Assembly (NCBI GenBank): GCA_038244585.1
Contig: JBBRTI010000002.1
Location: 258-64,257 of the forward strand
DNA length: 64,000 bases
Reading direction: 5' to 3'
Origin: Candidatus Saccharimonadia bacterium
Lineage (GTDB): Bacteria > Patescibacteriota > Saccharimonadia > UBA4664
A program made the position numbers and the translations under genes. The notes below the pieces were generated by a model. The model was not told where the DNA came from. It worked only from the letters and a program-made list of their open reading frames with translations, and made no database searches. Shown here piece by piece: positions 18,186-27,010 of the stretch (position 1 is its first letter; each line of letters starts with the position of its first letter).

Positions 18186-18937
18186 CGACACTTACGGATC
18201 AACGTAGTGCAGTCCAGGAGGCATCGGTTGCTCCCGGCGGGTCGTCATTCGTGACGGTCCTGCTGGGAGTGATCGTCATGATCCCAGTCCTGTTCGGATC
18301 GGGTTTCGTCTCGGTCGGAAACATCCAGATAGCCTCCGCTACCGCGGCGGCCAAGGACTTTCTTGCCTTTGCCATCCAGGCCCATGAAGTTGTTCCCGGC
18401 ATCACGACGATTCCGGGTATTGCCAAGGACGGTGCAGCCAAGCCGAAACCGGCAACGGCTGTACCGACCTCCGGCAACTACGGGTGGACTGATGCCGGCT
18501 CAAGCTGGCATTCCAAGCTTCCGTCCGCCGCTGGTCCCTTCATTGGGATTATCGAAGACGCGGCTAAAAGCAAAAACGTCGACCCGCGGCTGGTGGCGGC
18601 CTTGTTTTGGTATGAATCCGGATTTCAACCCAGGATATGCTCAGGCAAGGGTGCGTGCGGCCTCGGCCAGCTGATGCCAGGAACCGCCACTGGGCTAGGC
18701 GTGACTGATCGGAGTGATCCGTATCAGAACGCACAAGCCTCGGCTAGGTACATCAGGATTCAGTTGAACCGTTTCGGCCGCCTAGACTATGCTCTGGCCG
18801 CCTATAACGCGGGTCCCGGAGCCGTGACAAGATACGGTGGTATACCTCCGTATCCAGATACTATCAGGTATGTTCCTGATGTAACGAGAATATTTGTCAA
18901 GCTCGGCGGCAAAGTGTCTAGCGGAGCTAAGCGATGA
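18182..18937 (+). CDS. membrane-anchored lytic transglycosylase (SLT domain), VirB1-like
   Basis: FWYESGF carries the catalytic Glu. GLGQLMPGTATGLGV and ALAAYNAGPGAV are also present. Confidence 0.75.
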   Translation: MTTLTDQRSAVQEASVAPGGSSFVTVLLGVIVMIPVLFGSGFVSVGNIQIASATAAAKDFLAFAIQAHEVVPGITTIPGIAKDGAAKPKPATAVPTSGNYGWTDAGSSWHSKLPSAAGPFIGIIEDAAKSKNVDPRLVAALFWYESGFQPRICSGKGACGLGQLMPGTATGLGVTDRSDPYQNAQASARYIRIQLNRFGRLDYALAAYNAGPGAVTRYGGIPPYPDTIRYVPDVTRIFVKLGGKVSSGAKR

Positions 18938-19740
18938 CTACGGCCACCGAGGTCAAAGCTCCGCCAGAGCCGCTCGTGGGCCAATCGTCGCATCTTGTGA
19001 CCGTTATACTGTGCGGCGTGGTCATGATTCCTTTTGTCCTTGGGCAATCAAGCATATTGCCTCTCGGCTCTATCCAGAACCTGACGCTGAGCTCGCTGGC
19101 GGAAGGACCGCTGGCGGCCCTAATTAAGGCGCAAGCGGAAATTCCGGGAATCGCTCCTAAAAACCCCGTCGCACCCAAAGCTAATGGCCAAGGCGTCAAA
19201 GCCCAGGGTGTGACAGGGGCTAGCCTGATTGCTAATGGCACGGTCAAGACGACGACCGGTGTAGGGTGTAACCCAGCTCCGGATCTGGCATCTAACCAGC
19301 TATATAGCCAGGCAATCGATTGGCTGGTTGAGATGAATCAGGCAGGGTTTACTGTTCGTGTGAGCTGTGTCCGATCGGGGCACAGCCGAAACGTCCATAA
19401 CTCTGACAATATCTCACTCCATACCGTCTGGCGGGCGTTCGACGTTGACCAAGTCAATGGTCAGCCCGTTTGCGCCCGCTACGACAGAAACAGTTGGTGT
19501 TTGGAGGTTCCTACTCCAACGCGTCAGCTGATGACCTGGATCAAAGACAGGCCAAATTCTCAACTGCCGTTCGAAATCGGCGGACCGCACTTCTTTCCGC
19601 CAGGGTCGCGTGGCAAGTCCGCCGGCCCCGGTCGAATTCGCGGTGGTCCCTTCTTTACTAACCATGACCATGAGGATCATCTACATTTCGGCTTTAAGCC
19701 ACGCGATAACCAAGCGCCGGCTGGCGGCTGGATGAGCTGA
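18934..19740 (+). CDS. membrane-anchored peptidase M15-like (LAS metallopeptidase) cell-wall hydrolase
   Basis: SGHSRNVHNSDNISLHTVWRAFDVD contains the SxHxxGxAxD pattern. DHEDHLHF supplies the H-x-H. The N-terminal approximately 60 aa are paralogous to the preceding gene. Confidence 0.55.
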   Translation: MTTATEVKAPPEPLVGQSSHLVTVILCGVVMIPFVLGQSSILPLGSIQNLTLSSLAEGPLAALIKAQAEIPGIAPKNPVAPKANGQGVKAQGVTGASLIANGTVKTTTGVGCNPAPDLASNQLYSQAIDWLVEMNQAGFTVRVSCVRSGHSRNVHNSDNISLHTVWRAFDVDQVNGQPVCARYDRNSWCLEVPTPTRQLMTWIKDRPNSQLPFEIGGPHFFPPGSRGKSAGPGRIRGGPFFTNHDHEDHLHFGFKPRDNQAPAGGWMS

Positions 19741-19756
19741 GTCTCGGTTCTGCTCT

Positions 19757-19792
19757 TGACCCGCCCGGTATATCCGGGCGGGTCATTTTTCT
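19757..19792 (+). terminator. rho-independent terminator (gacccgcccgg-tatat-ccgggcgggtc-attttt)
   Basis: Perfect 11-bp GC stem plus a T-run. Confidence 0.85.
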
Positions 19793-19902
19793 TATATTGC
19801 CTACTTTGCGGAATAATGATGAAGCTATAGCGTACGTTTGTGTTGGTGCACAAATATGGGTTTATACAAATGGCCAAAAGTTATTACTTGAAACGCAAAA
19901 AA

Positions 19903-19931
19903 AATGTGATTCTTGACATACAAGAACAATG
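19903..19931 (+). promoter_or_regulatory. sigma70-type promoter TTGACA-N17-TAAAAT
   Basis: TTGACA at 19903-19908, a 17-nt spacer, TAAAAT at 19926-19931. It lies in an AT-rich intergenic region upstream of the 20108 gene. Confidence 0.5.
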
Positions 19932-20107
19932 ACCCTAAAATAGACAAAACAAACAGAGGTGGAACTTGTAGAAAACTGCCTCTCGGAAATCTGTTTCCGG
20001 AAGACAGGTTTCAGCAAGTTCGTTTCAGTATAGTTGTTGAGGCCATGTACCTTGAATCGTAATACTCATCAATCCCTCTATGACTGAACCCGCGAAAGGG
20101 GACACTC

Positions 20108-22324
20108 ATGTCAGGCAACGACGTTGCGCATCGCAGTGGCAACACAGGAGGTTCCGTGTCCCGCGCGAGCGGATCCGACCCGGCCCATACACCCCGCCAG
20201 GATCTGGCGGATTTTTCGAGTCTCAGGAAGGGCGGCTTCGGTTCGGCACTCATGCGCCTGTTCAAATCTGAGCCGGTACCAACGACCGACACGTCCGCTG
20301 CAAGGCTGGCGCTCAATTTGAACGAACCGCTGAAGGTACTGGTCTTTGGGCTCAACCCCACAGACTGTACCAACACCCTGAGGATCCTCTCTCTGATCAT
20401 GGCGGCCAGACGCCGCACTTTGGTCGTGGCGGCCGACATGAAGGCCAACCGTGGATCACTCGTCTCTTTCTTCCCACAGATGAAAGCTCACAGTTTGAAT
20501 GTTGCGCACCTTGCCGACGGCATCCGCAACAGTCTCGACGGTCCCATAAATCGGGCACTGTCGCTGAGCGAGCTGAGCAGCTACGGAACTGTCCTTCCGA
20601 ATCTTCTGCTTTTGGCAGGAATCGAAAGTGACGACTTTGGCGTTGCTCTGTCTCCTCAGCAGATTGACGACATCATGATGAACTCCGGCCTCATTGCCGA
20701 CCACATCATCGGTGACGGCGGCTCCATCGTGGACTCAACGTTTTTCCAGCTCACTCAGCGTTTCGATCACCTGGTGCTCGCGACAGATCTGTCGGCGCCC
20801 TCCGGCAATGCAACGATTGACACGTTCAAGCGTCTTCACGACGGCTTGAATAACAGGTTGTATGGGCCTCAAGCGTCGACAGTGACTAGGGAAGACGCAG
20901 CGAAAATCGAGCACACCAAGCGGCTCATCCAAGAGGCTCGCCTTGTGACCTACTTCAAGAACAGCGATACGGCTCATCGGCCTGATGATGTCACCAAACT
21001 CCTCGCGACTACCTGGGCAAAGGCCTTCGGCGTGAGTGGTACGGAGGTATACGGAGTCAACGACGACAAGCACTTGGCTGACATACCGCTCGACTTGAGC
21101 AAGGCGCCCGGCGCCATGAATGTTTTTCAAGGTTTGGCAGCCGACCTGGTCTATAGTGCCTTCCTCGAGCAGAACAATGGACTCAGCCCGTTCACCGAGG
21201 CAGTTCCGACATTGTCGGAGCAACCTCATTTTTCGCAGGTTCGCTCGTTGAGAGCTTACACTGTGCAGCCGGACGCGCCTGAGGTCCATGAACCTCTCGA
21301 ACCAAGGCGTTACAACGGCAACCGAATTACCGTCGTAAGGCGGGCGGTGACAGCTACTATCGCCGTTACGGCAACAGGTCTGAGTATAGGTTTGCCTGCT
21401 ACAAACGCCTACGCCGATGGAAACTCTTCATCGACCCCGTCAGTGTCGGAAGGCTCAGACGGAAATGATTCCGCCGGTATGGTCTCCGTCCCTCCGTCGG
21501 AAGCGCCTCAAGCGAAACAGGCAAAAGCGCATGTTCCGTCAAATGACGCCGGTAGTCCATCGCTGTCGGCGTCCGATCAATCGGGCACGGACAGTTCCCA
21601 AGGCAGCGTCCAGCTGCCCGCGGGCGACGCGCCAGGCGCCGCTCCGGCGACGCCGGCTGAGGCAACACGGCACATCGAGTCAAAGGTCAACACGTTGCCA
21701 CCGCAGGATTCCAAACCTGCGGCCGACGTACCTAAGGTCGAAGTGCCCGCATCGTTGCCCCAAGATGTGACGCCTTCGCAAGCTCAAGCCGTCGAGCCGC
21801 CAGCAGTGGCAGCCGCGCCGGTGCCACAGGCCGAATCACATGCTCCCCGGGCGTATGTGCAGACTGTACAGCCTCCGGCCAGCGTCGATCGGCACGCCAA
21901 CATGGTTCGAGAGGTTGAGACGCAGGCGTCCCCCAGAGCGGCAGCTCAAGCTCCGCAACAGGTCACGAATGCAGCAAAGCCGGCTGTTATGCCCGCCGCA
22001 CCGCACGTCAGTACGACGTCGGTGCCAAGCACCAGCACCAGCCACTCGGCTTCCGTTGCCACGACACCTTCGGTTTCCGCTGCTCCTGACTTGTCAGTCA
22101 ACGGCCCGATCGTCGGTACGGTGTTCGTCACCACGGGTGACAGTCTCTGGCTGATTGCCACCAAGGCTTTGCGTACCCATCTGGGCCGCGAGCCGTTGAA
22201 CGGCGAAATTGCTGAGTATTGGCGCATGATTTACGCGGTTGTCGCTAACCATAAGGTTATCGGCAGCGACCCCGACCTGATTCGACCAGGTCAGGAGCTC
22301 GTTCTCCCGCAATTCGGTCGTTAA
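20108..22324 (+). CDS. bitopic protein with a cytoplasmic degenerate ParA/MinD-like domain (no Walker A lysine), TM, Pro/Ala/Ser-rich linker and C-terminal LysM domain
   Basis: LKVLVFGLNPTDCTN...TLVVAADM...DHLVLATDL resembles a deviant SIMIBI fold lacking a GKT P-loop. The hydrophobic helix is VTATIAVTATGLSIGL. The C-terminal GDSLWLIATK...IRPGQELVLPQ is LysM-like. Confidence 0.5.
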   Translation: MSGNDVAHRSGNTGGSVSRASGSDPAHTPRQDLADFSSLRKGGFGSALMRLFKSEPVPTTDTSAARLALNLNEPLKVLVFGLNPTDCTNTLRILSLIMAARRRTLVVAADMKANRGSLVSFFPQMKAHSLNVAHLADGIRNSLDGPINRALSLSELSSYGTVLPNLLLLAGIESDDFGVALSPQQIDDIMMNSGLIADHIIGDGGSIVDSTFFQLTQRFDHLVLATDLSAPSGNATIDTFKRLHDGLNNRLYGPQASTVTREDAAKIEHTKRLIQEARLVTYFKNSDTAHRPDDVTKLLATTWAKAFGVSGTEVYGVNDDKHLADIPLDLSKAPGAMNVFQGLAADLVYSAFLEQNNGLSPFTEAVPTLSEQPHFSQVRSLRAYTVQPDAPEVHEPLEPRRYNGNRITVVRRAVTATIAVTATGLSIGLPATNAYADGNSSSTPSVSEGSDGNDSAGMVSVPPSEAPQAKQAKAHVPSNDAGSPSLSASDQSGTDSSQGSVQLPAGDAPGAAPATPAEATRHIESKVNTLPPQDSKPAADVPKVEVPASLPQDVTPSQAQAVEPPAVAAAPVPQAESHAPRAYVQTVQPPASVDRHANMVREVETQASPRAAAQAPQQVTNAAKPAVMPAAPHVSTTSVPSTSTSHSASVATTPSVSAAPDLSVNGPIVGTVFVTTGDSLWLIATKALRTHLGREPLNGEIAEYWRMIYAVVANHKVIGSDPDLIRPGQELVLPQFGR

Positions 22325-22327
22325 GAC

Positions 22328-22369
22328 CGTACGTATTCACCCCGGGGCCGTGACGGCCCTGGGGTGAAT
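22328..22369. repeat. long near-perfect hairpin (17-bp stem, gtattcaccccggggcc / ggccctggggtgaatac)
   Basis: The inverted repeat lies directly after the stop at 22324. There is one G-U position and no U-tract. Confidence 0.6.
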
Positions 22370-22500
22370 ACACCAACATTACCCGACTCAAGTATCGACT
22401 GATTTTTGAGCCGGGCCGTGTTACAGATAGCCGGCCGGCCCGCGGGAGGTTTCCCGCAAGTTCTTTGCCAATTGAATCGATACACAATTCGGAGGTTCTA

Positions 22501-23559
22501 ATGAGTTCGCTCATAGCTCGCGTGCTTCATGGGCCGCCTCAGGCGACTCAAGATGAACTGATTCACAAGGCCATAACGGCGGCCGCTCAGGCACCACTAG
22601 ACCAATACGAAGACGAAGCGAAAGGTCATTTCACCGCTCTCAGGTATAACAACCGCTTTATGAAGGGTCTGTTCTTCACTCTGGGACTCGTCGTTGCCAC
22701 CGCAGCATCCGCAGCCTACATGAACAGCGTAGGTAACAGTGTCACGGCATACCGCACGGACACTAGCCACGATATCAGCGGCTTGCGTACGGACTTTAAC
22801 CAGTTCAGCGCCAGCTGCGCGGGCACCGGATCATGCAAGACATTCCCATTTAACCGCGCCTCTCAACTAGCTAACCTTTATGCCTTTGAATGCTTTACCT
22901 ATTCCGCTCAAAGCGACTCAGGTGAGCAGTCAAAGCGGCTGAAAAATGTCGCAGGCAGTAATGGGTCATGCGGCTGGGTAGGCCAAGGCAATGCGACGCC
23001 GGCGCTGATTCAGGTTAACAGCCCGTATCAGCTCAACGTCCCAACGCCTGATGGTGCCAAAGAAGACCCAAGTTTGGGATTGGCCGGAGTGCAGATTGCG
23101 CTTAGCGGTCAGTCGGATGTGATGAACTTCGTGGTGCCGGTTTCGGCTACTTCAAAGGGGGTTAACATCGCGGCCCGGGGTGCCCTTTATACCTCGCCGC
23201 CAAACACGATAGTTCGCAGTTGTCAGCCCGATGCGCTATTTAGCTCAACGACTGATATCCAGACACGCCTTCAACGAATGGAGACGGGTCGGGCAAACTC
23301 ATCGGACACAGACCCTAGCGATTACCTTATGCCAGGGAAGAACATCGGCCGTTTCGGCCCTAGTATCACGCGTATTACGGTTCAGGATGTAACCGTGTGT
23401 CAGGGACAGTCGGACGTCATGCGCAACGTAGTTGCGCATGAGCGGTTCGCCGGCCCCACACCGGGAAGCAGCTTTGACTTCACCTACGCCTACGTGATGC
23501 AAAAGACCGACAAATGGTACGTCCAAAGCTGGGGCCCCGTCCTGGGGCAAGACCAGTGA
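22501..23559 (+). CDS. membrane-anchored extracytoplasmic protein, function unknown (T4SS-like cluster)
   Basis: ATG at 22501 follows GGAGG. It has an N-terminal signal anchor and a Cys-containing soluble domain. Confidence 0.45.
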   Translation: MSSLIARVLHGPPQATQDELIHKAITAAAQAPLDQYEDEAKGHFTALRYNNRFMKGLFFTLGLVVATAASAAYMNSVGNSVTAYRTDTSHDISGLRTDFNQFSASCAGTGSCKTFPFNRASQLANLYAFECFTYSAQSDSGEQSKRLKNVAGSNGSCGWVGQGNATPALIQVNSPYQLNVPTPDGAKEDPSLGLAGVQIALSGQSDVMNFVVPVSATSKGVNIAARGALYTSPPNTIVRSCQPDALFSSTTDIQTRLQRMETGRANSSDTDPSDYLMPGKNIGRFGPSITRITVQDVTVCQGQSDVMRNVVAHERFAGPTPGSSFDFTYAYVMQKTDKWYVQSWGPVLGQDQ

Positions 23560-23586
23560 CATCCCACATGAAGCGAGGTGAATACC

Positions 23587-24024
23587 ATGGCGCAAAACGG
23601 TGCCGGCAGTGAGACGGAGATAAATCCGCACACCGATGGCTACGTCTTTACTGATCACAGCTTTAAGGAGCCGCGTGATCTCGTATTTTGGGGCGGCGGC
23701 TTTACGAAGCTTCAACAGGCCGTCTTCGGCGGCACGGTGTTTTTCAGCGTCTTCGTGCCCTGTCTGCTTGGATTCCTAGTATGGAACTATTTCTATCTGG
23801 GGGTCGCGCTCACGATGCCATTGGGCATCTTCTTCGGGTACCAAGCACTAAAGGCCGTTGATCCGCCACTCCGGTTCATGAACACGCAATGGCAGCATCT
23901 TGTTGCCACCCTGCGCTACCGGCGTCAACCAGAAGCCATCGTTGATGGTCGCGCCTATACCCCTGGAGCAACTATCCGCACGGCCATCCTGTTCGTCCAA
24001 TCGAGTAAAGGAGTGAGGCAATAA
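23587..24024 (+). CDS. VirB3/PrgI-like small membrane protein (TM hairpin) immediately upstream of the VirB4-like ATPase
   Basis: ATG at 23587 follows GAGGTG. A hydrophobic hairpin (FFSVFVPCLLGFLVWNYFYLGVALTMPLGIFFGY) is present. Its stop overlaps the ATPase start. Confidence 0.4.
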   Translation: MAQNGAGSETEINPHTDGYVFTDHSFKEPRDLVFWGGGFTKLQQAVFGGTVFFSVFVPCLLGFLVWNYFYLGVALTMPLGIFFGYQALKAVDPPLRFMNTQWQHLVATLRYRRQPEAIVDGRAYTPGATIRTAILFVQSSKGVRQ

Positions 24025-26609
24025 TGTCTCTGTTCACACTGCGGCAACAGCCGCACACCTTCACGGATCAGTTTACCAAGCCGACACGGCGAATGCGTGC
24101 GCAGGCGAAGTACGCAGATCTGAACGCCGTATCTCCCGCCTCTGACATCGACGGCAGTTTTGTAAAATCGACTGAGGACAAGGTATGGGAGGTCTGGGTT
24201 CGTGTGAATCTCGTCCATGCCATTGACAACCTCAGCGACTCAGACCTCGACGACGTCTACGCCAACCATATCCGCATCCTTGATCCGCTTCGGGGCTGTG
24301 ACATCCACTTGGAAGTCCTGCCGGTTCCGGTTGGATTCGACGAACGCTACGCGCGTTTTCGCCGTTTTGAGCTGGATCCGACAAACCCGGTACGTGATGA
24401 CCCAGCATGGCAGTCCATGCGGCATGATCGCGTGGCGGACATGGCTGCCTGGCTTCAGGACGCCAACGGCGACTATGAATCCCGGGCTTATCTGGGCATC
24501 CGGCTTTACGGGGCAAAACCCGACCCGAGCCTGAGCGTTGATTCGTTCTGGCAGATGTCGCTGGAAAAGCGGTTCTATCTTGAGGATCCCGACAACCGTT
24601 GGCTCATCAAGCCGGCGGCCGAGGTTCTCAACCGCCTAGCGCCCGCTTGGGGCGAAGGAGTACAGCCCGTCTCTAGGGACGAGTTGGACCTGATCCTGTC
24701 ACTCACCAACTGGCCTGGCCAGGTTGACGTCCAGCGGCCAAAGCGGCTCGCCGGCATCCACGAAGGCGAGCGCAAAGAACTGGCGTTCTATGGGCGTAGC
24801 GTCTACACGGACGTAGCCCCCGGCACCCTACGGTTCGACCGGTACGGCCAGAAGTCGTACGCGTCATTCCTGCCGATTGCCCGTATCCCTCACATCGCTC
24901 GATTTGTTGCCAAGCAAAGCAAGGATTACTCCTTTCTCACGACAAGTTCCGGCCGCCGGATCAGAATCAGCTGGCGCTTTACCTACACCTCGAACAAGGC
25001 CCTCATCGAGAGGGCCCGGCTCAGCATGGTAAAGGCTCAGCATGACGCCGAGTACCTGGATACGCATGAGGGCCAGGCCAGCGACAGGAAGAACAATATC
25101 GAAATCGCATCGACCTTTTACGAGTATTTGCGTGACGGAGGCTACGTCCTCGTCGGCATACCGCTGGTAGTAATTACCGGCGACACGTTAGAGGAGGTTG
25201 AGATTGAGCGCAACAGCCAAATGGCCATGTTGGGCAGGGACGCTGAGCTTTTCATCGACCCTCGGTATCAGATGATCTTCTACGAGCTTAGCAGGCCCGG
25301 CGCGCGTTTAAACTGTGCGGCGTACGTTCAGTACGTCTCGCCTCAGACGTTTGCTCGCGGCATGCCGTTCGTGACGTCGGCGCTCAGCATCCAAGGTCCG
25401 GATCTGTTGGGCTGGGTCAAAGGCCGGGAGCTCGTGCCCTATACGGGCGCTCTCGACCTATCGACTCTGCTCCCCGGACTTAACACTGCACCGGTCGCAA
25501 TTTATAGCGGCAACTCGGGCGGTGGCAAAACCACCACTATCATCAACGATTTGGTGGCTGCCATCGAACGAGGCGGGTACGTCGGGTTCCTCTACGAGTT
25601 GCTCAAGCAGGACTCACGCAACCTCCTGGGCCCCGATTTCAACGGCATCAAAGTGAGATACTGGGAGCTGGACAGCCAGCCCGGTTTGCTCAACCCGGCG
25701 GGACTAGCCCCGACACCAGCACAACGCGTAGACCTTGTATCAAGGTTCCTGCGTAACTGCTGCGGTAACCAGTGGAACGCAGAATGGCTGCCCGACCTTC
25801 GGGACGCCGTTAAAGACGCCCTGGTCGAAGCTGACAAGAGTGGAAAGCCGAAGCCCGATCTGTTCCGGGTGTTGGATTTCCTGATTGATCCCGAGAAGAA
25901 ATACAGCAACGGCAGGGCCATCGAATCCATTCTGGCGGAGCTGCGCGGAGATACCGTCGTCGCCCCGATCTTCTTCTCGGACCATCATGATTCGGATCTG
26001 ATTGCGTCAATGAGCCAACCTGGCTTGAACGTGATCATGCAGAAGAACTTTGATATCCCGAAGAACATGACCGAAGATAAGTACACCGTCGACAATTGGC
26101 TGGCGCTGGCCGGTTTGGACCTCTCGACAATGCTCGCTCACAAGGTGGCATTCGACAAGAACGTTCGCACCATAATCGGCACCGTGGAATTCCACCAGTC
26201 GTCCAGCCTACCGACCACCCAGTCGATGGTCGATGGCCTCGCCCGCACCGGGCGAAGCGAGAAGACGGTCACGGCTTACGACAGCCAACTCTGGGGCGAT
26301 ATGCCTGACTCGTTGAGGGAACAGGCAACGACGAAACTCGGCTTCCAGCCGGAAGGCGAGGGAGAAGCCAAGCTACTGCTCAAAGAGATGGGCCTGGATG
26401 CTGATGACCTACGAAACCTTCGTGACGTCATGAACATGGCAAACGCCAAGAACGCTCAGAGCGATGAACTCAAGGGCACCGCCATGGTACGACTGCCCAA
26501 CCGGGAAGTCGCCAGGGTACAGGGCCTTCGCTGGTACGTCGGAACCACTCGGACCACCGACGGCCCAGTTCCAAACAACCCGCAGCACGTCTCGGAAGGA
26601 GACAGATAA
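24024..26609 (+). CDS. VirB4/TrbE-family type IV secretion ATPase (861 aa)
   Basis: Walker A is GNSGGGKTT. Size and position are typical of VirB4/TcpF-like ATPases. It sits in an operon with VirB3-, VirB6- and VirB8-like genes. Walker B was not confidently located. Confidence 0.65.
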   Translation: MSLFTLRQQPHTFTDQFTKPTRRMRAQAKYADLNAVSPASDIDGSFVKSTEDKVWEVWVRVNLVHAIDNLSDSDLDDVYANHIRILDPLRGCDIHLEVLPVPVGFDERYARFRRFELDPTNPVRDDPAWQSMRHDRVADMAAWLQDANGDYESRAYLGIRLYGAKPDPSLSVDSFWQMSLEKRFYLEDPDNRWLIKPAAEVLNRLAPAWGEGVQPVSRDELDLILSLTNWPGQVDVQRPKRLAGIHEGERKELAFYGRSVYTDVAPGTLRFDRYGQKSYASFLPIARIPHIARFVAKQSKDYSFLTTSSGRRIRISWRFTYTSNKALIERARLSMVKAQHDAEYLDTHEGQASDRKNNIEIASTFYEYLRDGGYVLVGIPLVVITGDTLEEVEIERNSQMAMLGRDAELFIDPRYQMIFYELSRPGARLNCAAYVQYVSPQTFARGMPFVTSALSIQGPDLLGWVKGRELVPYTGALDLSTLLPGLNTAPVAIYSGNSGGGKTTTIINDLVAAIERGGYVGFLYELLKQDSRNLLGPDFNGIKVRYWELDSQPGLLNPAGLAPTPAQRVDLVSRFLRNCCGNQWNAEWLPDLRDAVKDALVEADKSGKPKPDLFRVLDFLIDPEKKYSNGRAIESILAELRGDTVVAPIFFSDHHDSDLIASMSQPGLNVIMQKNFDIPKNMTEDKYTVDNWLALAGLDLSTMLAHKVAFDKNVRTIIGTVEFHQSSSLPTTQSMVDGLARTGRSEKTVTAYDSQLWGDMPDSLREQATTKLGFQPEGEGEAKLLLKEMGLDADDLRNLRDVMNMANAKNAQSDELKGTAMVRLPNREVARVQGLRWYVGTTRTTDGPVPNNPQHVSEGDR

Positions 26610-26611
26610 TC

Positions 26612-26839
26612 ATGGACATCAAAACTAGCATGCTCGCTGGTGCCGTCCTCTTGCTTATCGCAGGGACACTCATTATCGCCATCAGCGCATACTCGCGTGC
26701 TGCAAAAGGTGACTCGCGCGCAGTGACCGCAATGTTGAAGGACGGAGTTATGATTACCGCTTTCGTCCTCCTCGGCGTCGGATCCGGCCTCACAATAGCA
26801 ATCTTTGCGGTGTTTGACGCCACAAAGATCACGCACTAG
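26612..26839 (+). CDS. small two-TM membrane protein (75 aa), pilin/TcpE-like candidate
   Basis: Its start lies 3 nt after the ATPase stop. There are two hydrophobic helices. Confidence 0.45.
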   Translation: MDIKTSMLAGAVLLLIAGTLIIAISAYSRAAKGDSRAVTAMLKDGVMITAFVLLGVGSGLTIAIFAVFDATKITH

Positions 26840-27010
26840 CCGTATCGATTCATCTGCTCCACCCTCGGTCACAACTGACTGAGGGTGGAGCCCCAACCAT
26901 AGTCTTCATCGGACGATGACACCTGCGGTTGGGGACATTATCGTTCTCAAAGTACATCGACAATCTACGTTTCATTTTCATCCTACGAGCTCGGTTAGGA
27001 GCTGATCAGC

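Noticed and set aside
20456-22312. Several minus-strand ORFs antisense to the 738-aa ParA-like/LysM gene, plus overlapping plus-strand alternative frames
   Set aside because: They have no RBS and low-complexity Arg-rich products. The sense frame carries coherent domain architecture.
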